Below the pieces are notes generated by a model, which worked only from the letters and a program-made list of their open reading frames with translations, was not told the origin of the DNA and did not search any database. A program made the translations under genes and the position numbers. Shown in pieces: positions 34,821 through 47,010 of a DNA stretch of 64,000 nt; the stretch's first letter is position 1; each line of letters starts with the position of its first letter. The stretch comes from Microthyrium microscopicum (lineage: Eukaryota), in NCBI GenBank assembly GCA_010405405.1, contig MU004231.1, forward strand, positions 3,156,401-3,220,400. The letters run 5' to 3'.

Positions 34821-37011
34821 ATGACCGACACCCCCGAACAAATCCCTCCTGAGCCCATTACAATCGATACCCAAGCCGTCAATGCACTAGATTTTGAAAA
34901 GCCCGCCTCTGCGCCTCCTTCTGAGTCTGAACAAGTCACTATGGCCTCTGTAGACCCTCAACCTGATGCCCTTCAGCCACCGCCCGCTGCTCCTCCAAGC
35001 CAAAGCATGGCACCACCATCTGCCCCTCCAAGTAATGGCAATCCTGTACGCCCACGACCCCAGATACCTACACTTTCTAGCCGCAGTGGCCTCAACATGT
35101 CCCAAGACTTGGCCGAACGCATGAAAGCCTTTCGCCTCGGCCGACAAGGACCTCCACCAAGCTCTAGAGTCAATTCTTCTGTCAGCGATAGTGCCGCTAC
35201 AAGTGCCTCTGGAATTCCTCCTGTTAGCCCTTCCGTAAACTCTCCATCTCCAACTTTTGCAGGAGGACTTCCAGGAAATCTCCGACTGCCTGGTAGCAAG
35301 CCTCAGGTGACAAGCTTGCACTCTGCCCCAGCTGTGCCAGGAGTTCGAATGCCACCCAAGAAGCAATCTTTAGCCGAGAAGCGTGGATTAGCTCTTCCCG
35401 GTGGCCTTCCAGGAACATCTCCTGTCAATGGCACAGGTGGTCGCAAGAAACCAGGACTGTCATTATCTCAGATGGGTGGTGGGGCTCCTGCACCTGCAGA
35501 CGAGACTAAACCCACTGGTGGAACAATGATGGATAAATATTCAGAATTTCTAGACGCTAAAACTGGAGCTCTAAGATTCAAGGGCAAAGCTACTCTCACT
35601 TCTGATGGCGTCGAATTTGCCAGCGGCAGAACTTTTTCAATCTCCCTGGATGAAGTGGACACGATAGATGAGCTAGGGAAAGGCAATTATGGAACAGTCT
35701 ATAAAGTGAGGCATGCAAGACCAAGAGTACGACGCCCAGGTATGGGTCTGGCGGGCAACAAGCCATCACATCTGGGATCATCCAATGCTTCCACCTGTGA
35801 TCGAAAATCGTTGGATGCAGAGACAGATGAGCAAAACCAAAGCGCGACGGTTGAGTCTGTAATGCAAGGAAACACTTCAGGTGCTATTATGGCCATGAAA
35901 GAAATTCGACTGGAACTGGACGATGCCAAATTCGCCGCAATCATTATGGAACTGGACATTTTACATCGATGCATATCACCGTATATCGTCGACTTTTTTG
36001 GTGCTTTCTTTCAAGAAGGTGCAGTGTACATTTGCATGGAGTTCATGAACGGAGGGTCAATCGACAAGATTTATGGTGATGGAATTCCGGAGCCGGTACT
36101 CAGGAAAATTGCCTATGCCACAACAATGGGACTGAAGAGTCTAAAAGAAGAACACAATATCATACATCGCGATGTTAAACCAACCAACATTCTTATCAGT
36201 ACAAAGGGCCAAGTCAAAATCTGCGACTTTGGAGTATCGGGTAATCTTGTGGCCAGTATTGCGAAAACAAACATTGGCTGTCAAAGTTATATGGCCCCAG
36301 AACGAATTTCTTCAGGAGGCATTTCCATGCCTGGAAGTGCTGGAGGCACCTACTCCGTTCAATCCGATATTTGGAGTTTGGGTCTGACGATAATTGAGTG
36401 TGCATTGGGTTGTTATCCATATCCACCAGAAACCTACAACAACATTTTTAGCCAACTGAGCGTAAGTGCAACTCTTAGCATTTGGACTTCGTGACTCTAA
36501 CATATACCTTCAGGCAATTGTGGATGGTGAACCACCAGATCTACCTGCAGACAAATTTTCCGAAGCAGCTCGCAATTTTGTTGCTGGTTGTCTAAACAAA
36601 ATTCCAAAGCTACGGCCAACTTATCCAATGCTCCTCCAACATGCCTGGCTTGCACCACTTGCTAAACCAGCCGTCATTCAAGAAGAAGATGAGGACGAAG
36701 AAGACACCACTCCCGCTTCTTCAGGCGATCCAACCCCTGATGAGGTAGAGACAAGCTTGGTGACTCCTGAAGCAACTCCAGCATCTCCAAGTTCTCAGTT
36801 GCCACCTGATGTAGTCGACGTGGAAGTTGCTGAATGGGTTCTGCAAGCTCTGGAAAAGAAACGACTGGGAAAACTCGGCAAGGCTGCCAAACCCGCCTTG
36901 CACGCTGCACCCCTTGATGCAGTGGCTACTCCCGAAAAGCATCCAGCAGCCGAGACTGTCGTCACAGAAGTCAGCGACGAAGCGAAACCCGTGGCAGAAG
37001 CCGAAGCATAA
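34821..37011 (+). CDS. PBS2: HOG-pathway MAP kinase kinase Pbs2 (intron 36462-36513)
   Basis: ELGKGNYGTVYKV, MAMKEIRLELD, HNIIHRDVKPTN, CDFGVSGNLVASIAKTNIGCQSYMAPERI, YPPETYNNIFSQLS|AIVDGEPP and C-terminal KPALHAAPLD, all characteristic of Pbs2/Wis1. Confidence 0.95.
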
Positions 37012-37966
37012 AGCTTAAGTACTTGCTTAGTGCCGCGATCGTGTATCCTCAACAGCACACCAATCTGTCGCTATTACTCTCTGTACCTCGAATCTTCCTT
37101 GAAGATACTCCCATTATCTCAAGCGCCCTTCGTCTACGTCATCTTCCATCTACCTCGTCCACCTCGCACTTTCACAACCTCTCAAGCCTCTTCCCAGAGA
37201 GGCATTTGTATATTTTCATCTTTCATGTTTCTTAGCGTATCACTGCAAGTTTTCCTCACCGGAACTAGCATTGGCGGTGCCTCTGTATACGATTTTGGCC
37301 CAACAAACACCCTCCAGCATTGCCTCTGTTCATATGTAAGCATCACGAAGCTAAACCCATCCATGTCACGAAAGGAGCTGTTCTCTCATATGTCTTGTAC
37401 GGTAGCCCGATATGACCGTGACTCGGTGGAGGCCGGCTGGTCGATGGGGACATGTAGCTATTCAACGATGCAAAAAATTCCAAAAACTTTATGCTAAGTG
37501 GTATACGTCGTTCAATCTGCTCTTCTTTTTCGTGACTATTCCAGCACCTTATATACCCGATAACCTCGCGAGATTCCTTTCTCTCATTGTCAGAATTCAC
37601 CTCGATAGGATTAGGAAGACGCAATGCCAAATAAGTCCCGTAGAAGTAGCGAGGGTATATCCATTTCCCACTGAAGAGACAAAGTCTCGTAAACAACTAC
37701 TAATGGCGTCTAACACACAAAAAAGCGCGCTCACAACGCTCTGCACAAGAAAAGCTTTGCTATCCAATCAACACGCCTAGCATCAATGAGACTCAAAGAG
37801 AAAAGTAGGAGCTTTCATAACAGAACCATCATTCAAAAGCCTCGCATGTCCAACTGTTGATCACTAAAGAAATATAAGAACCATCTTTTCATCATACTCG
37901 CTCGCTTTGCTCGCTCCGCTTTCATCTTTAACATGGTCTCCATATCTACAGCCTCCACCGCTTGTT

Positions 37967-40957
37967 TTATACCAACGTCGTATAGACTGGCGCGCGGACC
38001 AGCACGCTGCGATTCCGAATAACAACTCCCAAACCCACGGCCAACCGCACGCGCTCTTCGCGGTTACTTGGTGTTTCGCGTCCGCCTGCCGCCGCGCCAT
38101 TCTGTTTACCGGCTGATCCTGCGCTGCCTGGCTTCTGTGTCTGCTGTATGGGTGGCTGACCTGGTGGTTTTGCGGTGTTGGTGCCCATGAGGTTTGCGAG
38201 CATACCTCGGCGGCCCTTGGGTTCGTCTTTGGGTGGTGGCATGGGCTGTTCCAAGTCGTCTGGGCCAGGTGCATCCTTGGCGGAGTCGTTGTCATCGTCG
38301 ATTGCGCCAGGTCCTGTTGCTCCGCCGGCGATGGGTGAAATGAGTTGTGGGATTCCTTGCTCGAGTTTCATGATTTCGGGCGAGATGGGGCAGAGCGGTG
38401 GATAGTACTCAATGGCGACTTCGCGAGACTCGCCGTGCAAGTGGGCGCAGATGTTGGCAGCGAGTTCGACGATCATGTATACACCGCCCGCGAGATCCGG
38501 CGGTGCAGGGTCAATGAGGAAGTCGGAGATGTCTGCGATGAGCTTCCCGTTGAGATGCTGCAACAAGTCCTGGCGATGCTGCTGAGCGGCGGGCGCGCGG
38601 AGGGCATCAGCGAGACCTTCGAGGGTAGACATGCGCCAAGAGGCGAGCTTTGAGGCAAGAGCTTCCTCTTCCTCGCCCGAGTTACAAGGTGGAGCGAAGT
38701 GGCGCAGATTGGTCAAAATCGTCTTGAGCTGAAAGCTGAGTTCTGGATCTAGGTCGGGGTGGAAAATGCGCTCAAAGACTTCTCGGTAGAGCCAGCACGA
38801 AATGAAGGCCCGGCCAACGGCAGTCATTTCTTGCTTGCCTGTGGTTATGGCGTCTTTGTTAACTGCACGGTGTAGCCATTCCGGGATGCTCGTCCAGGAT
38901 TTACGGATGGAGAAAGATAGCTGTGAGATCAGTCCGTCTAAGCGCGAGAAGCGTGCCGAGTATTCCGAGTCGTCCAAAGAAGTTTTTGAGGCCGAGAGTC
39001 GCTGGTTCGCAAGTGTGTTTTGGAGCTGATGCACTTGCGACTCTTTTTCAAAATAGTACTTTTTGACTTTTTGGTACTTTTCCTCTGCAAAGCAAGTTAG
39101 TAACTATCCTAATCCGAAGTATAACTCGCATATCAAAAACAGAAAACCTACTCAATTCCTTATGATCCTTCATCAATTGATGATAATGAGCAGCTTCCTC
39201 CTCTGTAAAATCACCTGGCCCTCGATCCGATGGCGTAGCACGCCCATGATCACCCTCTGCTGGAGGCGGAGCTTGGGGACCGCCTGGTACACCGCGATAG
39301 GGTTGTCCTTGGGCGCCTGAAGGTACAACATTAGCTGGGAACGTTTGCTTGCCGGTGGACTGACCACCCGGACCTTGAGGATGTGAAGCTGTCATTGAGC
39401 TCTCGCGCGAGGAGGAATGCATACTCTTTCCATCTGGTTGGCGAATATTGCCGCCAGACCGGCTAGGTGGGGGCATCGGACTCGGAGCGGATTGCTGACT
39501 GGGAGAAGGTGGTTGCTGTGGAGCAGATTGTAAATCTGTTTGCACGTTTTGTGCTTCTTGTCCCGCAAAAGGCGATGGTGGACTCTGTACTTGGGTAGCA
39601 CTTGGTGGGGCTTGCAGGAAAACTCCCTCTTGCTGTCCCGTTACTGGACGGGTTGCTCGCGGTTGATGTATGTCAACTGCAGATGTTTGACCTTCAGGAG
39701 ACTGTGGCTGAAGAGCGAATTGGGGGCCTTCTTCTGGACTTGGCTGGCTTGGCTGAACTGAATGCTGCTGATCAAAAACGTAGCCAGGTGGAGGCGCAGT
39801 TGGATGGGCCTGTGTTTGCCCTCCTAAACCTTGAGGCGGGGGATAATGCTGCTGTTGTGAGTGAAACTGCTGAGGCGCTTGCTGCAAATGTTGCTCAGGA
39901 TATTGTCCAAATTGACCTTCCTGTTGTTGCTGTAATTGAAGCTGTTGTTCCGGTGATAAGTATACCTGCTCAGAACTGCTAGTATTTTGTGCTCGGTAGC
40001 CTTGGTGGAATTGCTGTTGAATTTCACCAGGAGGAGGATAGTATTGTTGTTGACCTTGTGGGGGAGGATATCCCTGTACGAGCTCACCGTCTTTAACAAG
40101 GACTTGCTGTCTGCCAAACTGAGGATTGTTAAAGCGAGCCTGCTGGCTATCCTCGTCTTCTTCCGTGGGAGAGAGAAGAAGCTGGCTACTATTGCTCTGT
40201 CTAGCCCACTGTTGCCGGCCCTCTATATCTGGATTTGGTGAACCCTTTCCCCTCACTGATAGCTTTCTGCCAACCCCTCCCACTTGATCGTGGCGGCCGT
40301 CTTTGCTGCTGGTTAAACCAAGACGGTCACGGATACCGCGCTTTTTATGTTCCTCTGGAGGATGGCTTTGCTGGCCTGGCAGGTAGGCCGAATGGCGGTT
40401 TTCTTGACGTTGATACTCGTCAACGCCCTGTTGACGAGGAGGATTTATGTAGCCGGTTGAGACGTTGGTGTTGATCTCAGAATTGGGCGGCTGTGCAGCA
40501 GTACGACGTGGTTGATTATTAGGATGATTTGGATGACTAGGAGAACGAACAAGACGGACTTGTTGTGGTGGTTGCTGTTGCTGTTGCGCCTGCTGTTGCT
40601 GCTGTGGGTCGGGTTGGGCAATGGGTTGCTGGCTCGGATCGATGCGCTGGTATTGTGCAGGTTGGATGCGAGGATCTATAGGATTAGGAATAGTGATTAG
40701 CTAACAATCCAAGCTGGTCGGTCAATTGCATAATTCGAATAAGACTGGAGAGTAGAAAGGACAGTGGTGGGAAGAGCGGTGGGTTCAGGGGCCAAAACCG
40801 AGGGGAGCAAACATGGCACAATTGACGAGGTTACTGGAACAAAGTACTCACCGGCTGCTATCACTTGTGGAGCTTGTTGTTGCTGTTGAAGGTAGGGCTG
40901 GTTGATTTCTACCGACGGCTGGGGCCCTTTCTTGTTGCCGAACAATCGTCCTTTCAT
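37967..40957 (-). CDS. Hypothetical fungal protein with Q/P-rich N-terminus, coiled coil and globular C-terminal domain (exons 40957-40852, 40675-39152, 39084-37967)
   Basis: Canonical introns join the frames to give KDHKELKEKYQKVKKYYFEKESQVHQLQNTLANQRLSASKTSLDDSEY…; strong coding character throughout. Confidence 0.8.
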
Positions 40958-43506
40958 GGCATTGAAAGTGGAGGGGAGCAGAGGGAACGGAGAGTAACGG
41001 GCGGGAAAAAAGAGGTGGAAGATGTCGCAGGAGTCGCAAGTTGCAGGATTGCAGGTCGCGGGGCTGAAGACCTTCTGGGGACTGGCACTTGGGAGTTGTG
41101 GAGGATCAAAGTGCCCAGCTTCCAGTAGAGTAATCCAGTTTTAAGCGAAGTTGACAGCAAGTGAGCACCGGTCTTGAATTGACTTGCTGCTTGGGAAATC
41201 TAGACACCGTTCTTGGGAGTATGGGACTCGCTAGTGGTCAGTCTAAAGTCTCAAGGCTCAAGAGTGGTGGTGCAAGTCAGCTTCCGTCTTGGGGGATCAG
41301 AGATGCTTGCAAGCTGTCGACAGCGGTATAAGGGGGTGGAGGGGATAGATAGAAGGCGACACCATTGAATGGGCGCAGAATAGAGTGTTGATTGATCTTG
41401 TAGAAAATGGGGAAGTTGGGTGAGAAGTTTAGAAGGAAGTAAGATCAACAAAGGTCAGATGGGCTTAACCTCGTGTTGTCGTTACTCTACCACTAAGGAG
41501 AGTTGATGGGAGACTTGCAGACTTGGAGTCTTGGACAAGTAAAGATTCCAGACAGATCAAGTCCCAACTCGGTCAATCTGTTAAGAAAGGCTACTCCAAA
41601 ATAGGCCCAGCAAGTCAGGACTCATGTACACCAAGCTGGGATTCCTCTCAAGTTCTAAATCCGGCTAGACTTTTCATGATGGACATGCCACGCGCGAGCA
41701 TCTACTTTCTTCTCACACCTCCAAGTAAAGCATATATATCCCCATGAGCAGCTGTATATTCGTCCACCTCTATCACTTGCCACTGCTATCCACCACGATA
41801 TGCCCGGCCAGGGCTACAATGGCCACTGATAATCCAAATCAGCCCTCGAAATGCCGTTCATTGTTTCTTCAGGCAATCAGACATGCTCAAGCTCCAACTA
41901 GACCAGCCACAATGCCAATTATACAACCGATGCGACCAATTGCTTACTCTGCGCCTGTCACATCGTAACTCGCCGCGCTGAAAAGAGCAATCGGTACAGC
42001 ACAGTAGTGAGCACAGCAAGGTCTCTTTCAAGCTGTTACACACTTTACACAGCTACTATTATCTATCGATACCTTCCGCATTACCTTGAAGCACTAGAAG
42101 CACAGACTGGTTGCTTTTGTACCTCAAAGCGTTCTCAGCTGGGGTTGAGCCAAAAAGCAAACTCAAAGGCATGGCAGCCGCACACATCTCGTCTTCGGCC
42201 GAATCAATCTTGCCCAGAGGCTCTTACAAGTGACTACAACTCCATCTCTCGCGTCGTCAAAAAGAGATAGTGGATCCTATCTCGACAGGCTGAAAATCAT
42301 CAAGATCAGCTTTGCGTAAAGTGTTATCTGTTCCTCCATGCCTAAATTCGGTCAAGTGTAAAGTGCGTGAACGACCCTCCATGTCTATTTTTAGCAGACA
42401 CTCCCGTGAAGGGTGCAGTGCAGCAAACACAGGGGCCACCGGCACGCCTAGAAACACCGAACCTGGGTCCTGCTTGATGCACAAACGTCAAGCCCTTTTT
42501 GTCCAATTATCAACTGCCTCAGCCTTGGATGGGTGCATCCCACGGATGCGACGGCTACAAGTCGGAAGCTTTGCAGCAATTGAAAATAACTGGTCACTTC
42601 CCATCCACTTCAGCGTTACTAGAGGAGTAGATGGGAAGGACACCACTTATTGTGCTCCGCGGAAAGTTTTGGTCCTACCATTCTTTCACCAGAGTATCAT
42701 GAGAAAGACAATTTTGAGTAGGTTTGTTTGTATCATTGCTAACTAGGGGTAATTATAGGGATCAAAGAAACTTCTATCTATTTGAACACTCTTCCATATC
42801 GCCGCGCTCCTCGCGTCTTTTCGTCACACTCGCAAAGTCCAGGTCTCAGCGATGCTACAAGCACTTTTGCAAGTACGAGCATCAAGCATGAAAACATCCG
42901 GAGCCATTCTGCGACGGCCAGGCCGTGTTCTTGCTGGAGAGCACACAAGGTCATCGAGCAGAAAGGCCAGAAAGGCTTTTTCCAAAGCTTTCAATGCACC
43001 AGTGCCTTCTGGACTTTGCCATATCGTACACCATATTTTAGGGTCCATTCCTTCGCCCGTGAGGAGACCAAAGTTCTAGTGCCGAGTACATGCGGACCAA
43101 TTTGCCAGCTGTGATCCCCCACCCAAGCCTAGATGGGGAACAGCTGGTCAAGTTTGCTGCGAGTCCTTGTCTCTGATTGCACACGCCTTTGGTTGCGAGG
43201 ATGTGGTGAGAGTGTTCAAAATATCGAAAAGTCCAGAGACGAATCAAAAGCAAGGAATCATGGAAATCGCGGGTCCAAAACGCCAAACTCTAATGCACCG
43301 ATATGGTAGCGTTGGTTTTGCATTCGGCCCGAGTTGTTGATAGTTGGTTTTTATTCCTTGGTTTGAGTGGAGATGCCATTTCGATCTCGAGATACCGTAA
43401 TCTCGGATAACAATGAAGGGGAAAAAGGACTCGATCGACCACGCTCTGGGAGAGTCTACTTTATAAAGTAAAATAAGAGGTAATGCATAAAATTCGTAAG
43501 GAAATT

Positions 43507-44058
43507 TCAACTCATAGCTGCACCATACGCCCAACGATTCGACACTGTAGGATTGATGTTGGCCATATCTTCGTCGTCGTCGCGAAAGAGGAAGTTGACG
43601 ACGCGAAACATGGTCTCGCTCATGTCATCGTCCACGTTGGTCTCGCTTGGAACTTCTTCGAAATGCTCCGAGTTATCAACATGTCCGCGCCAGGAAGCCG
43701 ATGACTGGTAGACGGGGACGGCTGGAGTCCATGTGGAGGAGGAGTGGAAGATTGCTGGTGTCGCGCTCTGCATGGCGAAATGGCTTATGGAGCGCTGTTT
43801 GGGAAGACCAGGCGGAAGAGGTATTCCACGGCGCCAAAGATACTCGATGCCGGTATCATTGGGCAGATGGTTCACCCAAGGGTTGTTGCCACCATTGGGA
43901 CAGTAGAAAAGGGGATAATCCGTGGCTCTAGTCGCAATACTTGATGTAGACGCGATTGAACTTATCGAGTCACCAGAAATATATTCGTTCCAGCATGGAG
44001 GTTGATTGCGATGGTTGGTACGATGTGAGCGTCTACGGCGTCTGTTGTGGCGACTCAT
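43507..44058 (-). CDS. Hypothetical protein (183 aa) with Arg-rich N-terminus
   Basis: ATG-initiated ORF (MSRHNRRRRRSHR, NLS-like) in an otherwise empty interval; no recognisable domain. Confidence 0.45.
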   Translation of the reverse strand: MSRHNRRRRRSHRTNHRNQPPCWNEYISGDSISSIASTSSIATRATDYPLFYCPNGGNNPWVNHLPNDTGIEYLWRRGIPLPPGLPKQRSISHFAMQSATPAIFHSSSTWTPAVPVYQSSASWRGHVDNSEHFEEVPSETNVDDDMSETMFRVVNFLFRDDDEDMANINPTVSNRWAYGAAMS

Positions 44059-44945
44059 TATCGGTGTAAAGGGTTGAGATATGGGTGAAGTATCTGAGTT
44101 GATGGGAGGTACCTATACTGTCACTTGATAGTGCAGATGGTGAGAGGGAGGGACCCTAGGTAGAAAGTATCGATGCAAAGCATTGCGAATTACCCAGATT
44201 TATAGACTTTGGCGGTTGTGAGTCAAGATTGGACAAAAAGCACGACAATTGTGTGCCTAGTATCAGACAGTCATGTCTCATCTTGTTCGTTGACTCATCT
44301 CTGATCGAAAAAGTGATAGACAATCCCATATGGAAAAGTCCGTGCGCAGGCCCATTGAGGCTTGTTGCCTGCACCGCCACCCAGGCATTTTACCCATGTG
44401 ATCACATCAATCGTTTTTTTCTCATCTTCTCCGGGATCTCGAATCTCTGGAATTTTTCTTGCAAGGCTGACTCGAAAGAAAAGGAATCAGACATCATTTT
44501 GTATTCATTTAGTGTTTCAAAAAAACAAAGCAAAATTACATTTCCCGGATGCCCCAGCACGCCTACGACCCTACGTGGCAGACGAATTCTCGTGGAGTCA
44601 TATTACCCTCAAATGCCACCACCATTTATACCCAACTCGCCCAATTTAGGCACCGCCAGAATCATCGTCAAGTGAGCTGGCGGCCCCTTCAACGAATGGA
44701 CAGACCAAGTAATACGCTGCAGTTCACCACGATTGCTGCCCCTGCATTACAAAACTCATACACATCTTCATTTACATCGGAGTCGACATGAAACTGCCGG
44801 GCTAGTGAATTTGAGGTGAACTGAAGCTCACCGCCCTGAATTATAGTAGATGCTAGATGCTAGATGCTAGGTGCCAGCCATTGTAGCCTAAAGAGCGTGT
44901 GAACTTGGTCCGCGTATTGAATATCAACTTGCGAGCCACCAGTCA

Positions 44946-46352
44946 TCAAAACATTGCCTTGACAATTTCGGCCACCTTGTCGAAAACAGGCCCACTCTCT
45001 TGTTTTGTTGCCCGTTTAACAATAATGGGAACCTGGTCGTCGCCCACGCCTTTGTCGCTCAGGCGTGTCGTCAAACCCAGTTCTTCAACAAGCTCGAGCA
45101 CTCGATCTCCAACCGCAGAGGCATCAATCTGCGCCGTACCCGTGACTTTGGCGCCTACAAATGGTGCCATGCGCGCCAGTTGCTCCGCAGCAGCTGGGTC
45201 GTGGGATTTGAGTTTGGCGACGTGCCCAAGGGTGATACATGATGTGATGCCATGTGGAATACCATATGGAGACCCCAGTGCATACCCTAGAGTATGTGAT
45301 AGGCCCAGCGGACTTTTCATTCCCTGACCTGTACGCTTTTAGCATGACTGACTCATAGCATGAAGAAGATGAATACTACCTATAAATCCGAGGCTGGCAA
45401 ATGCGGCCAGCTGCAGTTGTGTGATAGCATCCTCATCTTTGGGATTCTTGTGGTAGATGGGCAGGTAAGTAAATAGCTTGCTTGCTGCCTGGAGTACGAT
45501 CATGCGGTCAAGCTCTGATGCGTCTGGATGATACATGGTCTCAACTGCGTGATCCATTGCACGCATACCAGTGGATGTCCAGAGATGAGGAGGCGTTTTA
45601 ATGGCAAAACTAGAGTCATATAGAATGACTTGAGGATAGAGCTCAGGTGCGCTGACACTAATTTTGAGTCCGTCATCACTTCGAAAGTCAGTCCGAGGTC
45701 AGGAGCGAGTATGTCAAGCAGGTTAATGAGCTTACCCGGTGTAGCCAGCGTTTTTGGTACATTCAGCAGCACTAATCGTTGTTGGGATGGTAATATGTGT
45801 TAGAAATTTGCCCGTCTTTTCATGGACTCGATGAGAAATTGCCTTGGCCGCATCGATTGGAGAGCCGCCTCCAATGCTGATCACCGTATCAACACTGGAA
45901 TCCTTCAGGACTATCTCTGTAGCTTCGTCTATCTCTGCTACAGGAGCATGTTGACGAATTTTGGCAAAGGTGCTAACGTGGTGATCTGTGACATGCATCA
46001 GTACCTTGCTGTGGTTTCTCGCTTTAATAACGCTGCATACCGGTTAGTAAAGCCTCAACCTTTTTGATCAAATCAGTTTTGGTGGCAAGCGAACTACCAG
46101 TTACGATGAAAGCTTTTGACTTTTCACTTGGTAGTGACGAAATGAGATGTTTCTCAACGGATCCGCTGCCATGATGTCTGACGTTGTTAGAAAACCAACA
46201 AACCCTCTTGAAACAAGGAGTAACTTGACAACACGGTAATTCTTGTTGTAATGCCATTTTCCACATTATCATGATAAAACGGTATTGAAGAGGTGTACTT
46301 ACAAGGCTTGAAGCTTGGTTGGTAACCAAGATCCAACCAGATTGTTTGACAT
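44946..46352 (-). CDS. Iron-containing alcohol dehydrogenase / maleylacetate reductase family (multi-exon)
   Basis: HGSGSV, FIVTGSSLA, ISIGGGSPIDAAKA, IPTTISAAECT, GMRAMDHAVE and GLSHTLGYALGSPYGIPHGITSC, across several GT-AG introns. Confidence 0.9.
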
Positions 46353-46480
46353 AATTGCGCGAAATTGGGAGAAGCAACGGTATGGTTTCAAAGCAGGACC
46401 CTTTAAACACGACCTGACTAGAGAGGACGAGTTCATGTATAAATTTTGGTACTGAAATGAAGCTCTCTGGTGCTCGTTTA

Positions 46481-46626
46481 CCGAAAACTTCTGTTCAAAC
46501 GCACAAAGCTAGCGTGGTTTTTCTTGCAGGGGGCGCGTCTGATTTAGGGGATCCTCACTATTGCTTAGGGACAAAACCTCGCTGGAAAACCGCGCTAGCT
46601 TTGTGCGTTTCAACAGAAGTTTTCGG
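46481..46626. mobile_element. MITE, 146 bp, ~41-bp TIRs, TA target duplication
   Basis: CCGAAAACTTCTGTT(C/G)AAACGCACAAAGCTAGCG(T/C)GGTTTT is inverted at both ends with 2 mismatches. TA at 46479-80 and 46627-28. Confidence 0.85.
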
Positions 46627-47010
46627 TAGCCGAGGAGGGGAGTTGTGATCTCACTACTACTTTATCCTGGCTGTGTAAGCGTTACAACCTATGACATATT
46701 TGCCTCCACTTTTGATGCTTTTATGATTTGACTTGAAAGCCGATTATTGCTAAAGTTCAGCGAGGAAAAATTGAATAAAAGCTTACAAACGGACAAACTA
46801 CCTTAGTCACAATGCGAAATATCATCATGTAGTCAGTCGTTTAGATCAGCCGTTTATCGTTCGTCCGCTCAGTCAACTTAGATGACGCGTACTCATACAA
46901 GACATGCTTCTGTGCCAATAATGTTAAACCGACCAGCGCTCCGCTCGAGCTCAATAACTCAAGTCCACCCTGTGTTCTGCATTGCGATCGCCGAACTCAA
47001 GACCAACTCT

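Noticed and set aside
35710..35885. Long insertion between kinase subdomains I and II of Pbs2
   Set aside because: In frame with no splice signals; to my knowledge a normal feature of filamentous-ascomycete Pbs2.
44848..44872. AGATGCT x3 and ACCAAACC x3 (27091-27115) micro-repeats
   Set aside because: Simple short tandem repeats with no further structure.
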